A stretch of 45,061 nt of DNA, from the NCBI GenBank assembly GCA_048213135.1, contig PS015055.1, positions 164,825 to 209,885 on the forward strand. The letters run 5' to 3'. Positions 37,676 to 45,061 of the stretch are shown here, one piece after another. Positions within the stretch are counted from its first letter, which is position 1. Each line of letters begins with the position of its first letter. This DNA comes from Reclinomonas americana ATCC 50394. Lineage: Eukaryota. The notes below the pieces were generated by a model. The model was not told where the DNA came from, ran no database searches, and worked only from the letters and a program-made list of their open reading frames with translations. A program made the translations under genes and the position numbers.

Positions 37676-39333
37676 ATCAATCGTTTTTTATGAGACAGAG
37701 AAAGCAAATGTGGGCAGTAAATGTTATCATTATTTCAATCACTTTCTTGTGGCGAGCGTGTGCCTTCTCCACCACCACCACACCACTGCGTTGCGACGAC
37801 AACATCGTTGTTTATTGTGCTTTCTTCTTGCGTGTGTCAAGACTGCGCATCACCAAATACGGCATCTATTGCGACACCAAGAAATGAAACCGGTGATACC
37901 GTTGCGTCGTCGCCACTCCTCCTACGCACTCGGCGCCGTGTCTACTCCTTGAGCAGCAGGCGGCGGCGGGGGCTGCGCTGGTCGCCAAGGATTCCCTGGG
38001 ATGCTGTGTTTCACCAATCAGAACAAGCGCACACACGGAGTTTTCTTTTGCTGGCAACAAACAAATTCGAACCCGAACACCACTCTCTCTTACTCTTTCT
38101 CCCCTCTCCTCCCCCTCGTGTGCGTGTGTCTTGTGTGCTCTCTGATGCGCTTCAACCGCTGCCGCATATGTGCCTCCATATGCGGAATGTTTCTCCTTCA
38201 GTTCAACATCGCCGACGACGCACAAACACCAATAGCGAAAAAAAAAAGAGAGGAAGACAGAGGAAGTGCTCAGAGAGCGAGAGGGAGTGAGAGCGAGAGA
38301 GTGAGGCAACGCAGACACACTCCGCCACACACAAACATACACCCACTCGGGGGACGGAGACACACGCCAATTGCACAATGCCCGAGAACAGAGAATTGTT
38401 TCGGGCTACTTGCCGAAAGCGATGTCTGCCCGACGATGACCACTCACACGCAGGTGGGAAAAACTGCAGTCTCACTCTATACAACAGGTCGGTCGGTGTG
38501 GCGCGGGAGAGCCACAGTAAAATCTCCTCCCCCAAGTGTTCGCTCTCTTCTCACTCAGATGCGCACATAGGGTAGCACAGACCCCCACACGCGCACTCGA
38601 TTCCGCATATATTCTATGCGTGCAACACCACCACAGACTGCTCACGCGTAGTGAAAAAAGGAGAGGAGGCGATGGATCTTTCCCCTCTGGTAGACAACTT
38701 CAGTATCACCGAGACAGAGGTGCATAATAATACGTACACGCTCTCCTCGTCTCCATACGCACAGAGACACACGCTCACATACGCAGACACCGCCTCCCAA
38801 CAACCCGAAGACAATCTCATAAGGCAGACACAGTGGCGTACAAAAAGGCATCGGTGCATATTTTCTATTTCGCTGTCTCTCCGTTCTCTTTCGCTCACAC
38901 CCGCACACACATCTGTAACAACACACATAGGCGATACACGGAGGCACGCTACACAGGCTCGCACACTGACACACAGACACACACGCACAGACAGTCATCA
39001 TGAAACAGAAAACCAAACGGAAAACAAACTTGCTATGCTCTCGCACTGCGTTAGTCAGCACTGTCACAGCAGTCACTCCGTTGGGCACGCCACTGAGGAA
39101 CAACTCTGTCGCGCTCACTTTCTATTGCCCTCCAACCCCATCGAGCAGTCAAAACAGGTTTTTTCTCACAGTCAGTTATGACAACTCACGGAAGAATACC
39201 ACTGCTCTGACTGCGTGCTGACAGAAGCAAGAGAGAGAGAGAGAGAGAGGTGCCAGTGACAGCAAACACGCGAGAAGGAGAGAGAGCGCGAGTGCGTGTC
39301 AGAGAGGAGACATGTGCTCCTTCAACCGCTCAC

Positions 39334-44650
<5,317 letters not shown>

Positions 44651-44749
44651 CTGGAAGCAGCAAGGAGAGAGGATTAGAGAAACCCAGTTGAAGTTGCGAT
44701 GTCGGAATGCGAATGGATTGAGGGTGGTCTTGCGAGAGCGTGAATGGAT

Positions 44750-44930
44750 CTCACTTGAAGGTGCACGGACGGATCAACGTGCTTCTCACTTGAAGGTGCT
44801 CTGTTAGAATGCAGATGAATCGACGTGCTCTCCTCTCTCCCCACTTGAAGGCGTGCTGTCGGAATGCAGATGAATCAACGTGCTCTCCTCTTTCCTCACT
44901 TGATGGTGCTCTGTCAGAATGCAGATGGAA
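44750..44930. repeat. ~56-bp tandem repeat, 3-4 copies, in an RBBP5 intron
   Basis: cacttgaaggtgctctgt.agaatgcagatgaatc.acgtgctctcctct recurs at ~44787, ~44842 and ~44897. Confidence 0.85.
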
Positions 44931-44947
44931 CAGCTTGCTCTGCTCTG

Positions 44948-45002
<55 letters not shown>

Positions 45003-45061
45003 GTCGTACGTACGACACTCTCACTCATCTCACTCTACGCTCACCTCTCTCCCTCTCTCTC

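Noticed and set aside
38055-38085. tRNA T-loop-like GGGTTCGAAT on the minus strand
   Set aside because: No T-stem, acceptor stem or cloverleaf could be built.
37880-39220. Possible small + strand gene (MDLSPLVDNFSITETE etc.)
   Set aside because: No consistent exon chain or recognisable product; may be UTR or intergenic.

Overview
Gappy draft scaffold from an intron-rich, microsatellite-rich microbial eukaryote (GT-AG introns of mostly 50-100 nt, (GA)n/(CA)n tracts, 20-N contig joins and (TACG)n read tails suggestive of a 454/Newbler assembly). Manual splicing gives about 13 protein genes: a type II membrane GT4 glycosyltransferase, a large FN3-repeat protein, POP5, a single-exon high-similarity WD40 protein, two hypothetical proteins plus an ARM-like one, a secreted EGF + TIGR03118-like fusion, Aladin (AAAS), a probable GON7, a SUEL-type lectin, an At4g15545-like protein and RBBP5/Swd1. 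Also present are locally duplicated 5' regions, intronic tandem repeats and decayed integrase-like remnants. The main observations are (1) an apparently frequent class of +1-shifted 5' splice sites, GTTG(A/C)G; (2) an intronless bacterial-type TIGR03118 domain fused to micro-exon-encoded EGF modules, with its middle contig inverted in the assembly; (3) a WD40 propeller with variable surface positions and a BC-box-like tail; (4) a GT4 enzyme split by a ~250-aa insert ending in RRRLL. All family calls come from motif recognition by eye; no searches were run.
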